A stretch of 51,383 nucleotides of DNA from Octopus bimaculoides (Eukaryota): contig NC_068997.1 of assembly GCF_001194135.2 (NCBI RefSeq), positions 43,648,366 through 43,699,748 of the forward strand, written 5' to 3'. A program made the position numbers and the translations under genes. The notes beneath the pieces are model-generated. The model ran no database searches. It was not told the DNA's origin and saw nothing but the letters and a program-made list of their open reading frames with translations. Position 1 is the stretch's first letter; each line of letters starts with the position of its first letter. Shown one piece after another: positions 38,008 through 51,077 of this stretch.

Positions 38008-41000
38008 TTAACATTAAATGAAGAATTGAATACACTTTGCTGAAACTAATGGTAATGAATTTCCATTACCAGTTTGGCTGAAGGAGAGCTCACTTTGTCC
38101 CAGATTGCTGTGACTATTCTATCCTTTTGTTGGACACAGAGCACTCAGGATCACATTATCTAATGTGTCTCTTCTTAGAATGGAAGGGTGAACTTGGAGG
38201 GAGATTTAGCTCCTTTTTCTAAGTGGCTGAGTGACTGCATAGCTGCTCCTCTATTGACTTATGGTAGGCATGATGCTGTCAAAGAAAAGAGATGCAGATA
38301 GCACTCTACAAACATAAAAAGTGTATTTGGTAAAGATTAATGTTTCATTAACTTGTAGTGCTTGGTTCAAATCTGACAATAGACATTGCACACAGATCTA
38401 GGTACAAACTAATTTGCCCTTGATACAACATAAAAACGAAACCTGCAAAAGTTTTCTTCACTTCCTTGTGCATGGTTCACTTTCAGTTTATTTGAATATG
38501 AAACACAATGGGTTATAACATTTTTAACTAATGGTTTATTGACCATATAATCATGGGTTTGAATTTTACCATTAAATTGATTGTGATATGATCCTGGGAA
38601 AGATTCGTGACTGCTTGCTTAACCTGGTTTAGCCCACTCACTTTCCATATTAATTCCACTTATTTCCCAATTAAATATAAAATAAAAAAAGAAGACCATT
38701 CAGCTATAAAAACAATTCTCCCAAAAGGGAGTAAATTTACAGAGCCTACTCTATCCAGACTAGCATGAGAAAATGGATTTATCATAAATTAGTTTCAAGA
38801 TGAGAAGTACCAAAAAACATTTGGTGTGTCCACCAAGATTAAATTGAAAGTTTTTATTCTTTTGATGATAATTAATCCCCAAGTTGCCTAGATGGAAACA
38901 AGTCATCTCAACCACATTTAGAACTAATTACATTCATCACTAAACAAATTTTAAGTTGAAGCTGTTTAACTCTTTTAATGTCAACCTTCCTGATACTGGC
39001 CCCCCAGTGTTCTATGAAACAAAACATACTTGATTTGAAGTGTTTACATTTAAATTCAACCCTTACATCAAAATTTTATGTAAGAGCTTTTTGTTATGCT
39101 AGCTTCCAATATTTTCCAACCATTAAATTAATTATGACAAAGTTAGTTATTTTACTATGATCCCTCCAAGTTCTTCATTATTTGCATGATTGATCAAAAC
39201 ACAATGACAGCATATTTCATTTGAAATAGGTTAAATATATAATATAATATAATATAATATAATATAATATTTGGCCATTAATATGAACATCTAAATATTT
39301 GTATTGAAGTTAGGAATATTGCAAATTTACATTCAATTCCAAAGTAATTTTCCTGTATTCTTAGCATAGTGGTGACCACAAAACCTTAGTTGTTACCTAC
39401 AATAATTAAGTGCATTTCAGCTGTGACTATCCTATGGTTTTTAGAAATAGTGTATGTATCTAAGACCATATTATACAATTATGCAATGTCTACTTTTTTA
39501 AAATGGTAGAGTATGATTTGGAGATTTGGCTGGTATTTCTAATAGATTGAGTAGCCATATAAGGGTTCTGTCATTGACTCTAGTAGATATTCATATTATT
39601 GTTGTTTAACCTAACGCTAGCCCAAAGTCATCAGACTTGTGGTGAAAAAGTATTCTAGCTTTGACCATCCAACCACTTTTTCTCCAGATATATGTGACTG
39701 TATGACTACACCCAAGGTTTGTCCCCTTCTTCTTTTTCATGAAAAACAAGAAGTTAGTAAATTGTTTGGATTTTGGATTTAAGCTCTATTCACCAGATAC
39801 AATGATTCTTCAATAACTTATTAGGGATAAACTTTTCAATTTTTTACAATCATCATCGTTTTTAATACCATGTTCATGGGTTAGATGGAGTTTATTGAGG
39901 CAGATTTTCTACAGCCAGATGCCCTTTCTGTCACCAACCCTCACCTGTTTCCAAACAAGGGAATATTTACATTATTTACATCTTGACAGGGCCAAGAAGA
40001 CAGGATTGGGGAGTGGAAGGTAAGCCTAGTGCATGAAGTGGAAATGTGAGGAAGAGAAGAGATGTAGTTTGGTTTGTTGTGGTAGAGTGTGTGAGAAATT
40101 TTGTTGAGTGTGGGTGGGATGCACATAGCTTCTAGAACTCAGTTTCGTTGATGCAAGTGGGTCTTCTCAAGAACTTCTTATCTCCAAACATCTCAGTCCC
40201 CTGTCATTTCTTCCGTGAGGCCCAACATCCTGAGATCAGTTCTTACCACTTCATCCCACATCTTCCTGCAATTTCAATAATTTTTTTATCATTTTCAAAA
40301 GGCAGGGTATTTCCACCAAGATATGGCAGGGTATTTCCACCAAGATATGGCAACAAAAGGGTTAAACTTTATATTCAAACATTGCTTTAAAGGAAAGTTT
40401 ATGTATATATAATTGAATTTATTTCTTCCAAAATGTTCATTTATTAAGTTGTTTTAAGAGATCAATCTTTTAGTCTTAATTTTGATGTACTTTGGGTTTC
40501 TGGAAAGGTTAAACATCTGGTTATATTCCATAACTTATTTCCTTTATTTTCATTTATTCATGCTGGTGCCATAATAAAAGCACTGGTGATGGTGTCACAC
40601 AAAAAACACCCAATACACTCTGTGGAGTGGTTGGGGTTAGGAAGGGCATCCAGCCATAGAAACCATGAAACCATGCCAGAGCAGACAATGGAGCATGGCA
40701 TGGTCCCTGGCCTTGCCAGCTCCTGTGAAACTGCCTAACCCATGCCAGCATAGAAAACGGATGTTAAATGATGATGATGATGAATGATAGATGATTGGCT
40801 AGAAACCTTATGGCAGAGGTTGGCAGCTGATGGGCTGTGTCCTGGAAGGGGAATCTACTGAAGTTATTTTCTGCTGGCTTTCAAATATTTAAAAAAAAAT
40901 TTTCAGACTTAATATATTTGTGAGCCACTGAGCTGTAGATGACAATTAAACTGCATTTGTTTTTCTTTAAAATAGACTCCTTTTTAAAAATGTGTTTGAG

Positions 41001-41689
41001 TTTCGTCTAATGTTTAGTAGTTTGTAACTTCTGTATTAAATAATATTAAAAAAAGTGACTATGGTCTAGATATATAGAATTTAAGACTAACATTATAGGA
41101 TGCTAAAAAGTAGCTTGATGATTTCCCTTGGCCATGTATGGTTGTATGGTTATGTGCTTTCAATCACTAACAGAAATTTATGATTAATCTAATTACAAAT
41201 AAGGGAACCAGAGATAGAACTAGAGTTGCTGTAGACGCTGAAGATATCTAACACAAATTAAGGAGTCAGACTGATTATACGGCTGTGTGTGTGTGTTGTG
41301 TGTGCGTATCTGTGCGTGTGCATGCACACATACATTATTTTGTATATATTATAAATATATATATAATATACATATTATAGACAAATATACACGCAAGCAT
41401 ATACATACACGTATGTATGTATATGAAATGGTCCATTTCAATGCAAACTGTTAAATAATCTACATTCCAGTGCCGTATATCCCAGTCACTATCCTGACTC
41501 CTAACCAACCTCATCATATCATATAGTATCACATATCACAATATATCCTTCCACATGTGTTCCTCATTGACTTACTGTCAATCTTATTATCAGCCAACAT
41601 CTTCACACACAATCAAACATATTTCTCAACATTCTCTGTCACCACTACTACAACTACTACTGCTGCTGCTGCTTCTACTATTACTGTCC

Positions 41690-41900
41690 AAGAGAGCCTC
41701 TCTCAAACCCTTAAGTTAGTTAGATCTCTCTAACCAGCTTTGTTTTCTGCCACTGTTCTGGTTCCATTCCAGCTTCTCTACCCTTCTTGTCTCCTTTCTT
41801 TGCCAATGGTTCTTCGCCATGTGGTCTTAGGGTGCTCTGCTGCTTTTTTCTCTTCAGGCTGTCACTTTAGTGTCACCATACAATCATTTTCTTGATCTTC
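41690..41900 (-). mobile_element. RTE-like LINE 3' relic
   Basis: The minus frame contains a degenerate WQPEEK..RP.. segment. Confidence 0.35.
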
Positions 41901-43316
41901 ACTAAAATGTGGATGGGCTATTAGAACAAACTATACTGTGGTAGTTACCAGGAGAAACACTTTCATATGGGCGTTTTTGTGCAAAATGCACTCTTGTTTA
42001 TATCACTAGCAATACTCCTGCAGTATAGTCTGTTCAAATAGGACATCCACGTTTTAGTGGGAATAAATGTTACCTCTTGATATTAATACTGCCTTTGTTG
42101 CTAATATATATTTCTCTATCTTATCTGAGGGTGTATCTAATCCAATTCCAGCGTGTCTTATTTTGTCACCGATCCTGTTAATGCCCATTATTATCTCAAA
42201 CCATATATTAATATCTTAAAATTAAATCAAAAAAAGAGAACTGGACATATTCAATATGTACTCTTAAATACACCTCCACCACACACAAACACCAAAATGC
42301 TGCATGGTCATGGCTGGAATGCCTTTGATCATAATTCTGCTTGATTGAATCCTAGTACCACAATACTACTACTAGTATTATTGTTGTAGTTGTTACTGCT
42401 GCTGCTGCTGCACAGGTTTTTATCATGCAGGCTTACAATCAAATTCATTCCAATAACTCAATTAGGACTGACCTGGGCTAAACAACAACACTGATAAGAG
42501 CCTCTATATGGTCACATCTCTTGCTAGAAATATCAGCCAAATGTCTCTAAAACTGCACATTACTGGCCTGGAAAAGGTAAGGCAACTTGTATAATATAAT
42601 CTTGCATCTGAATAACAGATGGAATGATCACAGTTGGAATGCCCTTGAACATAATCAATCAAGGCTGACCTGCAACTACATGAAAAAAAGACCCCGATCT
42701 GTTTATCATCATTTAACATCCATTTTCCATGCTGGCATGAGTTGGATGATTTGAAAAGGAATTGGCAAGCCAGGGAAATGCACCAGGTTCCAGTTGTCTG
42801 TTTTGGCAGGGTTTCTACAGCTGGATATCCTTCCTAATGCCAACCACTTTACAGAGTGTACATGACACTACATGCAGTACCTGCATGGGTGCTTTACATG
42901 TGCCACCAGTATTAGGGCTTTCTACATGGTACCAGCACTTGTGTGCTCACAACACAAAGACCTCTCAACTGAGAGAAGGAATGGAACCTGCTTTACTTTG
43001 ACTGTGTCAAAATTCCAAACATTTCTACCTAGAATGAAAATATTGTATCTCTTCTAGCTGAACCCATTGTCTACCTTCAATCTGAGGTTTTTAACCCCTT
43101 GTATTCCTCTGCATTAAATGTAAATATGAATCTCCTCTAACAAAACACCTGTGTTTGTCCCTCTGTCATACTCACAAGATTTTGGTCAGATAGGAGTTAT
43201 AGTAGAAGACATTTACCTAAAGTGCTGCACAGAGGGACTGAACTCAAGATTACATGGTTGAGAAGCAAGCTTATTAACCACACAACCACACCTATATATA
43301 CGCATACATACACACA

Positions 43317-43362
<46 letters not shown>

Positions 43363-43583
43363 NNNNNNNNNNNNNNNNNNNNNNNNNNNNNNNNNNNNNN
43401 NNNNNNNNNNNNNNNNNNNNNNNNNNNNNNNNNNNNNNNNNNNNNNNNNNNNNNNNNNNNNNNNNNNNNNNNNNNNNNNNNNNNNNNNNNNNNNNNNNNN
43501 NNNNNNNNNNNNNNNNNNNNNNNNNNNNNNNNNNNNNNNNNNNNNNNNNNNNNNNNNNNNNNNNNNNNNNNNNNNNNNNNNNN
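43363..43583. other. Assembly gap (others at 4372-4424, 13202-13211, 27102-27250, 35513-35522)
   Basis: Runs of N, several bordered by microsatellites. Confidence 1.
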
Positions 43584-43630
<47 letters not shown>

Positions 43631-44019
43631 TTTAAATAGAATATTTATCTCAGGACTCCAGTTTCATGTTGCTATGATCTTTAGTTCTCAATGAAAGATT
43701 GCAGCAGTGTGTAACATGAGTTGCAAGATAAATATTCAGTTTAAAGTAACCATATACTCTACAACATGTACCAAGTACTCCTTGTTCGTATGTCTTCTCT
43801 ACAGTGTACATTACTAACTAAAAGTTGTTATCTGCACTAAAAGTGCAACATATGTAATGATTACAGAAAGAAGGCGATTCAGCATGGTGACTTGAATTGC
43901 TAGAAATAGCAACTAAATTCTCTGCAGTCACATCATACTGTTAAAAAGGACACATTGAATAAATCCCCTGTACAGTTAAAAAAAAAAAAAAATAGATACT
44001 ATGGCACGAGCCCCTGTAT

Positions 44020-44239
44020 CCCTTTGACATTCAAAATGGCCATAGCCAGCCTAAATATTCAACCTATTTTATGTTCAATCTAACTAGATCAGGCCTCTCA
44101 CATCTGCCCTACAATGTCATTCTAAAAATAAACAATCACATTTTCAAAATATCCAAGTTACGAGATAATGTATAATTAATTCAAAGCAATGTGAATGAAT
44201 AAGCATTGCAACTGACAGAATGATCTTAATGTGAAAGGG
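44020..44239. mobile_element. piggyBac-type MITE family 2 copy
   Basis: Starts ccctttgacatt and ends aatgtgaaaggg+TTAA. The internal sequence matches 18681-18796. Confidence 0.7.
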
Positions 44240-44719
44240 TTAACCATAGGTCTGCTGGTTCAGGGCTGACCTGGGGCTACCATGCATCTATTTTGTATAT
44301 ATACTAAGGGGACATTTGTTCTCACACATAAAAAAACTATATTCGCTTTAATGAAAGCACATCTCTGTAGTGACTCCCCAGCCCCAATAGATTCACATCC
44401 TTTTTTTTTTCATCTGTTTATTTATTTAATTTTCCTGCTCCTAATTTATTGGTGTTGCTTTTGTAAAGCTTATTTTCACTAGATCCTTCAGGAAAGTAGC
44501 AGGTTACAGAAAAGAAAAAAAAAGGGGGGGAAAAAACAAAAAGAAAATGGGGAAAGATATTTATTATCCAAGGTTGAAAGCATATAAGAAAGAATAAAAT
44601 CACTTTGAGAAATTCTACAAGGTCATTGGAAACCTTAAACTTTCAATGTTAGAATGAACCCTATCCCTTTACATTAAATCTAACATACACAAACATGCAC
44701 AGACACACAGGCATGTATC

Positions 44720-45372
44720 ATGGCATTCATTGTATCATGACCCAATTTTGAGGGGATGGGCAAGTGAATTACACTGATCCCAGTAGCTGACTGGTTCTTT
44801 AACCCCCAAAAGGATGAAAGGCAAAGTTGATTTTGATGGGATTTGAACTCTGAATGTAAAAAACTGGAAGAAACGCTACTAAGCATTTTGTCTAGTATGG
44901 TAGCAATTCTGCCAACAATAACAATGATAATAATAATAATTGTTTCAAATTTGACACAAGGCCAGCCATTCAGGGGAAGGGGTAAGCCAATTACATTAAC
45001 CCCAGTGCACAACTGGTACTTATTTTATCAATCTCGAAAGGATGGAAAGCAAAGTCGGCTTCAGCAGCATTTGAACTCAGATTGTAAAGATTGATGAAAT
45101 GTTGTCAGGCATTTTGCTCAGCCTGCTAACAATTCTGCCAACTCACTGAATAATAATAATAATAATCCTTTCTACTATAGGCACAAGGCCTTGATTTTGT
45201 GAGGGGAGGAGGACAGTCAATCACACTGACCCCAGTACTCAACTGGTACTATAATTTATTGATGAAAGGCAAAGTTGACCTTCGTGAAATTTGAACTTAG
45301 AACGTAGTGGTAGATGAAATACCGCTAAGTATTTTGCCTAGTGTGCTAATGATTCTGCCAGCTCACCACCTT
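44720..45372 (-). mobile_element. Chain of three SINE family B copies separated by (TAA)n
   Basis: Reverse-complement head-core-tail units at about 44720-44915, 44940-45150 and 45170-45372. Confidence 0.85.
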
Positions 45373-45384
45373 AATAATAATAAT

Positions 45385-46965
45385 GGACAAAGCCTCATGG
45401 TGGGAACAAAGGCTTGAGAACAAAATTGAACAGCTTAATTGAGAGCTTGAACAGATACATGCAATCATAGAAAAGAAGAGGGTGACAGAAAGACACAAGA
45501 ACAAACTGTAAAGGATGTATGACATAAAACAAGAAAGGATTGCAAACAGTTAAAGAGGAACTAAGACAAAAAAATCAAAGGTGATGTCAGGTGAGAAAAG
45601 AAAAACAAAACAGAAAACATATACCAACAGAGGACAAATCAATACCAGCAAAACAAGTCTCTTGAAGAGCAATGAAAGAAAATTCTATTTACCTGAACAA
45701 TGAAAGAGGGGCATTGGGGAAATTATATACCAGATACTGAAGCAACAAGGAAATTCTGGGTAGAGTTCTGGAGCAAAGAAGTCCAAAATAATATAAAAGT
45801 AGACTGGTTGCAGGAATTTAAAAGAGAAATGGAAGCTGGAGTGACACAAGAAAATATAACAAGAAGAGATAAGTAAGTAAAAGATTTGATTAAGAAAATA
45901 CCAAACTGGAAAGCTCCTAGACCAGATGGTGTTTAGAATTTCTGACTCCAGAATCTCCCAGGTATACACAGGTATATGCAACTATTTTTTATTGACTGCA
46001 TAGAAAATGGAACATGAACATGGATGATAAAAGGAAGGACAGTGCTGATACAGAAGGACAAAGAAAAGAGAGGGAAGTTGGTAATTATAGAACTATTATT
46101 TGCTTACCGTTACTCTGGAAATTATTAATTGGCCTCAGAGCAGATGAAGTATATAATTTTCTAGAAAAAGAAAATCTGCTAGAGAAACAAAAAGGATGCA
46201 GGAAGAGATCCAGGGAAACAGCTGCTCTGCTATACATAGATATATAGAGTATTAAGTGAGGTATGAGTGAGAAAAAAGAATTTAATTGTTGGATAGATAG
46301 GTTCCAGGAGAGCTTATGACAATGCTCTACACAGAATCAGGAGGAAAGGAGATAAAAGTATCAATTGTTTTTTGACTGAATGCAGCACAAAGGGAGTATA
46401 AGTGTAGGCATCACAAAGGGAGTATAAGTGTAGGCATCACAAAGGGAGTATAAGTGTAGGCATCACTGTGTAAGCAAAGGAGTGCATCATTAGCAAAGTG
46501 TGTGGCTTCAAAACAACAGAAAAGTGGTATGAACATGAACCAGAGGCTGTGATAGAAAAATGGAATTACAAGATCTTGTGGGATTTTCCCATAAAGATTA
46601 CACTATTAAAGCAAGAAGACAAAGAACAAAATAAGCAGTGAAAGATCATAGGTTTTGAATTTCCATATGACAGCAGAGTCAATACCAAAGAAATTGAAAA
46701 AATTTAGTAATATCAGGATCTAGCCAGAGGGCTGAGGAGACTGTGGAGGGCCTAGACAACAATTATTCCTGTAGTAATTGGTACACTTGGCACAACACCC
46801 AAATTGCTACCTAAAAGATTGAAAGAGATTAGATTCGAAACTTGTGTTGTCAACCAGCAGAAAAGTACTATCTTATATTCAGTAAGAATCCAAAGGAAAA
46901 TTCTTGAGATTTAAGGAGGCTTGTGGTCACCAAACCTCTTTTAGCTAAAACAGTGTGCACTAGCT
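45385..46965 (+). mobile_element. R4/Dong-clade non-LTR retrotransposon, internally deleted and inactive
   Basis: RT motifs PNWKAPRPDG (45901), NYRTIICLPLLWKLL and EKQKGCRKRSR. Knuckle and RLE remnants EYKCRH, ILWDF, FPYDSRVNTKEIEK..YQDLARGLRRLW..IIPVVIGTLG. (TAA)n on both sides. Confidence 0.9.
46386..46466 (+). repeat. Perfect 26-bp tandem triplication (cacaaagggagtataagtgtaggcat)
   Basis: Three identical units plus cac, with no spacers. Confidence 0.95.
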
Positions 46966-46991
46966 TAATAATAATAATAATACTAATGATA

Positions 46992-47695
46992 ATCCTGTAG
47001 GATGCAATAATTCAATGTGATCACCTGACCAGGCATCGGAAACTGGAGATTGTATAGTATTGAATAAAAAAAGAAAGAACTTGCATGATAATCGACATAG
47101 CGTATCCCGGTGACAACAGGATCAAAGACAAAGAATAAAAACTGAACAATTACGACAATTTGAAATGGGAAATACGAAGGTTGTGGTCAATGAGGAGGGT
47201 AGACGTGATACCAATAGTAATTGGTGCATTTGGAAGTATCAGCACTCAACTACCAACATGGCTGAAAAAGATTGGTACAGATGTAAAGATAGAACATCTA
47301 CAGAAATCATCATTCCCAGCAAAATAAGGTGGCAGAATCGTTAGCATGCTGGGCGAAATGCTTAACGGTATTTTGTCTGTCGTGACGTTCTGAGTTCAAA
47401 TTCTGCCGAGGTTGACTTTGCCTTTCGTCCTTTTCGGGTCGATAAATTAAGTACCAGTTACACACTGGGGTCGATGTAATCGACTTAATCCCTTTGTCTG
47501 TCTTGTTTGTCCCCTCTATGTTTAGCCCCTTGTGGGCAATAAAGAAATAAGAAATCAGCATTGCTTGGAACTGCAAGAATTTTCCACAGGGTTCTTGAAG
47601 CATGACCAGTAAATAAATGTCACCTTAGTTTGGTGGCTGTGAACAGCTGACACTTTCCATTATTCCCAGCAAAATAAGCTGAGAGTTTTCATCAA
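46992..47695 (+). mobile_element. Second, distinct R4/Dong 3' fragment interrupted by a SINE
   Basis: Reads IL*DAIIQCDH..HRKLEIV..IIDIAYPGDNRIKDKE..YDNLKWEIRRLW..VIPIVIGAFG..EHLQKS[insert]ALLGTARI. (TAA)n on both sides. Confidence 0.9.
47328..47549 (+). mobile_element. Young SINE family B variant with a different 3' tail
   Basis: CpGs retained. The tail ccctttgtctg..gtgggcaataaagaaataag differs from the (ATT)n-tailed copies. AGAAATCA at 47302-47309 and 47550-47557. Confidence 0.85.
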
Positions 47696-47749
47696 ATAAT
47701 AATAATAATAATACATGCATTTTTCCATGCTTGTATAAGTTGGATGGGT

Positions 47750-48200
47750 CTTTTTCAACTCGGTATCTTAACATCTTAACACTTGATATTGCAGTCCCTT
47801 GTTGTCATCTTTGTGAGAGTCAGCCTCTAGTGATCAGTTTTTACCACTTCATCCCATTTCTTTCTCTTCTGCAGATTCTTTGAACTGGGTTCATTTGGTA
47901 GTTCTTCACTCAGTTGTCATCTTCCATATTGCATCACATGACCACAGAAGCCCAAGCTTGTCTCTTGCATCATAACATCTGATTCCTCTTGTACCCAGTT
48001 TTACTCTTAGTTCATTTCTCCTCTAACATTACACATTCAGTAGAACATGTTAGCCATATTTCTTTCTTTCCTTTCATAAACATTTCCTGCATTCAATGCT
48101 CATATTTTGTTATCAAGCACCAATGTATTTTGTACACATTCATCATACAAAAAAATACACCACTCGCTTAGAGAACTTTGTCATTGTCTGCAAAGGTAAA
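47750..48200 (-). mobile_element. RTE-like LINE 3' relic
   Basis: The minus frame ..RQAWASVVM*CNMEDDN*VK resembles R.RWFGHV.RMEDD.WVK. Confidence 0.5.
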
Positions 48201-50010
48201 TACTTTCTGAGCTTTTTCACATTTTTACTCTGGCTATTATTCATTCAAAACATTTTCTTCCATTGTACATATGCAATGGGCTCTTTCAGTTTCCATTTGC
48301 CAAATCCTTCTACAATAGGGCTAGAGTAGAAGACGTTTGCTTAAGGTGCTATACAGTGGGATTGTACCTAAAATTACTTGGCTGTGTGGTTAGGAAGCAA
48401 AGTTCCTAACTACACAGCCATGCTAGAATCCATAACACACACATACACACACACACATTTGGAGAAAGGAGAGAGAGAGAGAGATGGAGGGAGAGTAGTA
48501 AACTATAACTAAGTTGGGCACTGAGATTTAGGAATGCACAGTCATAGACAGAAATTACAGCTTAATACGTACCTCATGCATACATGAGTACAAACTAGTC
48601 ACCGATGAACTAACTGATCTGGGATCTGGTTTCAGTTCTCAACCATAGCCATTTTACTAAATTCACACAACTTAATGACTTGGAAAATACATGAACATTA
48701 CATAATCTTTTTTCTTTAATTCCTTAAGTCTTTGTAAGAAATCCTGTTACATGCTGATGTTAAGCAATTCTAATTTCCCATGCTAACAAATGTACACCCA
48801 AGTGCACAACAGCTCCATATTAGTCTCATGTCAGCATAGGCAATTGAAGATACGGTTGAATGAGTATAGCAGCTAATTCTTACTGTGACTGCAGATTTTA
48901 CATATATACGGTTTTCAGCAACTGAATGCAAATTATATCTGTGACATCCAATACAGAGGATCAACCTGAACATTAACCATATCAGTCTCACTGGTCTGAA
49001 AGGACTTGTGAAGGTAATGAGCATGCCTGTTACCCTTTACTGAATCACATAAAAAAATAAAATAAATTTTTTTTTAAAATGTGTATGCTGGTGGACAGTT
49101 GTTCAGGATATGGGTTCAATAGGTGGAGCTTGCAATAAGAAATATAAACTGTCGATGGTTTATTCCCTGACATAATTATAAGTCAGTTTGTAAATCTAAT
49201 TGACTCAGCAGAAGTCACCTCTCACTTGGGATTAAGCAGTTTACTTATTGATAAAGTAGTTTTTAAGCCATGGGAAAATTCCTGTTTGAAATCATAGTGA
49301 TGAAAAATTTAGAAACCAGTCTTATGTGACTTAATCATTAGAGGAAGGATTACTACAACGCCCAGTTTAACACCAGCCCCCTTACCCTTGGATGCTTTTA
49401 GGGGATCCAACTCTGTTGCAAGCATTGCTTTCCTACTGCGGCAACTCACAGGTTGAGGTTTATTCCTGTTTTTTCCAGCAGTCTTGGAGGCCATGCATAA
49501 GGTCATGGATATTATCATTCCTACTGACTCATTCCCAAAACTTAAAATAAGACAAATACTTGTGTGGATACAAGGTTTATTGAGCAGTAACAATGGTGGG
49601 TCCTAAAACCTATAAGGTCTTTCAGGCACTGAAGATTTTAGAAAAGCATGCAACCAGGAAACTCACCAATTATACAGAGATCTACTAGCTATAAAGTACT
49701 TGTTTAACGTGAGCTAACAAGTGTGTTTCTACCTGACCATTTGATGTTCTAGAAATAGCAGCCAAATTTTTGTCAAACCACACCCTATTATTTTATATGA
49801 ATAATGACACATTTAATAATGTGGCCCTTGATATGCAAAAAGACAGAATAGTCATAGTTTTGATCAGAGGTCCGTGCAATTAGGGTTGACCTCAAACTAA
49901 AATAAAACAGGAGCCTATTCAAAGAAGGTAGATGAAGCCATTTTAAAGTTAAGCCTTTTGGCCTTTGACACAATGTGGAGCTAGTAATTAGATATGAACC
50001 ACTAGTCCTC

Positions 50011-50115
50011 AGCCAATGGTGATTCCCCCTATAATCTTACAGCCAATGAATGGGCAAAGGGGGATTTATAAAAGCAACAACAACAATAGCTAAGTGACTT
50101 AAGCTACCTGTGAGT
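50011..50115 (+). promoter_or_regulatory. Candidate Pol II core promoter: two CCAAT boxes, a TATA box and a downstream 5' splice site
   Basis: AGCCAATGG (CCAAT at 50013), AGCCAATGA (CCAAT at 50043), TATAAAAG at 50067-50074 and CCT|gtgagt at 50109/50110. Confidence 0.45.
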
Positions 50116-50604
50116 TTAGTGTTTTGTAAAGGACACAGTGCTTCTGTCCTGGTGACATGCTACAAATAATCAATTCTTGCAATTTGATTCATGCTAGTGC
50201 TGGCTGTAACTGAGAAGAACCCCTAGCACAAAACTAGCGCTGGGTTCTGACAAAATCTTTCATTATGTAAATAACAGTGTGTTGTGTTCTTGAGCTTCTT
50301 TGAAGAAGAGAATGAAATCAAAATTGCTTTAAATTTCAGAGGCATACACCACCTCTACTACCATCACCATCACATCATTGTTGTTGTCACCACTCTTACA
50401 TCTATTTTGATAAACTCACATAGGTTGGACAAATTTCGAATGCATCTCACATCCTGTTGCAGCCCTTTGTCATCTAACATATACACAGCAACATAGAACA
50501 CCTGAATTTTTTTTTTTCCCTTTTTTACAAGGATAGGGTTTTTACGGCTGAATGCTCTTCTTATCACCCATTCATTCTCATAGTCATACATACATTCAAA
50601 CAGA

Positions 50605-50770
50605 TAAATAAAAGAGATAGATAGATAAATAGACAGACAGACAGATAAATGGATGGACAGACAAACAGATAGAGAGATAGATAGACAGATAGATAGATAA
50701 ATAGATAGATAAACAGACAAACAGATAGATGGACAAACAGGTAGATAGATAGATAGATAGACAGACAAAG
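50605..50770 (+). repeat. (GATA/GACA)n compound microsatellite
   Basis: Direct reading. Many other (CA)n, (TA)n, (GA)n, (TAA)n and (GAT)n tracts occur throughout the window. Confidence 0.95.
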
Positions 50771-51045
50771 GAAGCACATATACACACATATGTACATATA
50801 CATATTCATGCATACTCACATCTCATTATGCACATACAGCACCAGTACACACGTACATATACATACCCACCCATAGACAAATACCACGCTCTAGTAGGGG
50901 AGCTTATAATTGTTACTTTTCAACCAATTCATCCGGAAAGTAACACTGATATCCGTCCTTACACCCAGCATTTTTGTTTACAGTGAAAAAAGGGAGGTGA
51001 GAAACATTTCTGTCTGCATGCATACACAAACAGGTACCCACCCCG

Positions 51046-51077
<32 letters not shown>

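Noticed and set aside
39990-40019. 30-nt exon candidate with donor AAG|gtaagc
   Set aside because: The acceptor lies at the edge of a SINE relic, and nothing else supports it.
41185-41195. Paired-homeodomain P3 site TAATCTAATTA
   Set aside because: One or two such sites are expected by chance in 51 kb at this AT content.
46386-46466. CRISPR-like direct repeats
   Set aside because: The units abut with no spacers, there are no cas genes, and the context is a eukaryotic retrotransposon.
48957-49013. 57-nt plus-strand exon RINLNINHISLTGLKGLVK with an LRR-like pattern
   Set aside because: The donor is good, but the acceptor lacks a pyrimidine tract and no phase-compatible neighbouring exon was found.
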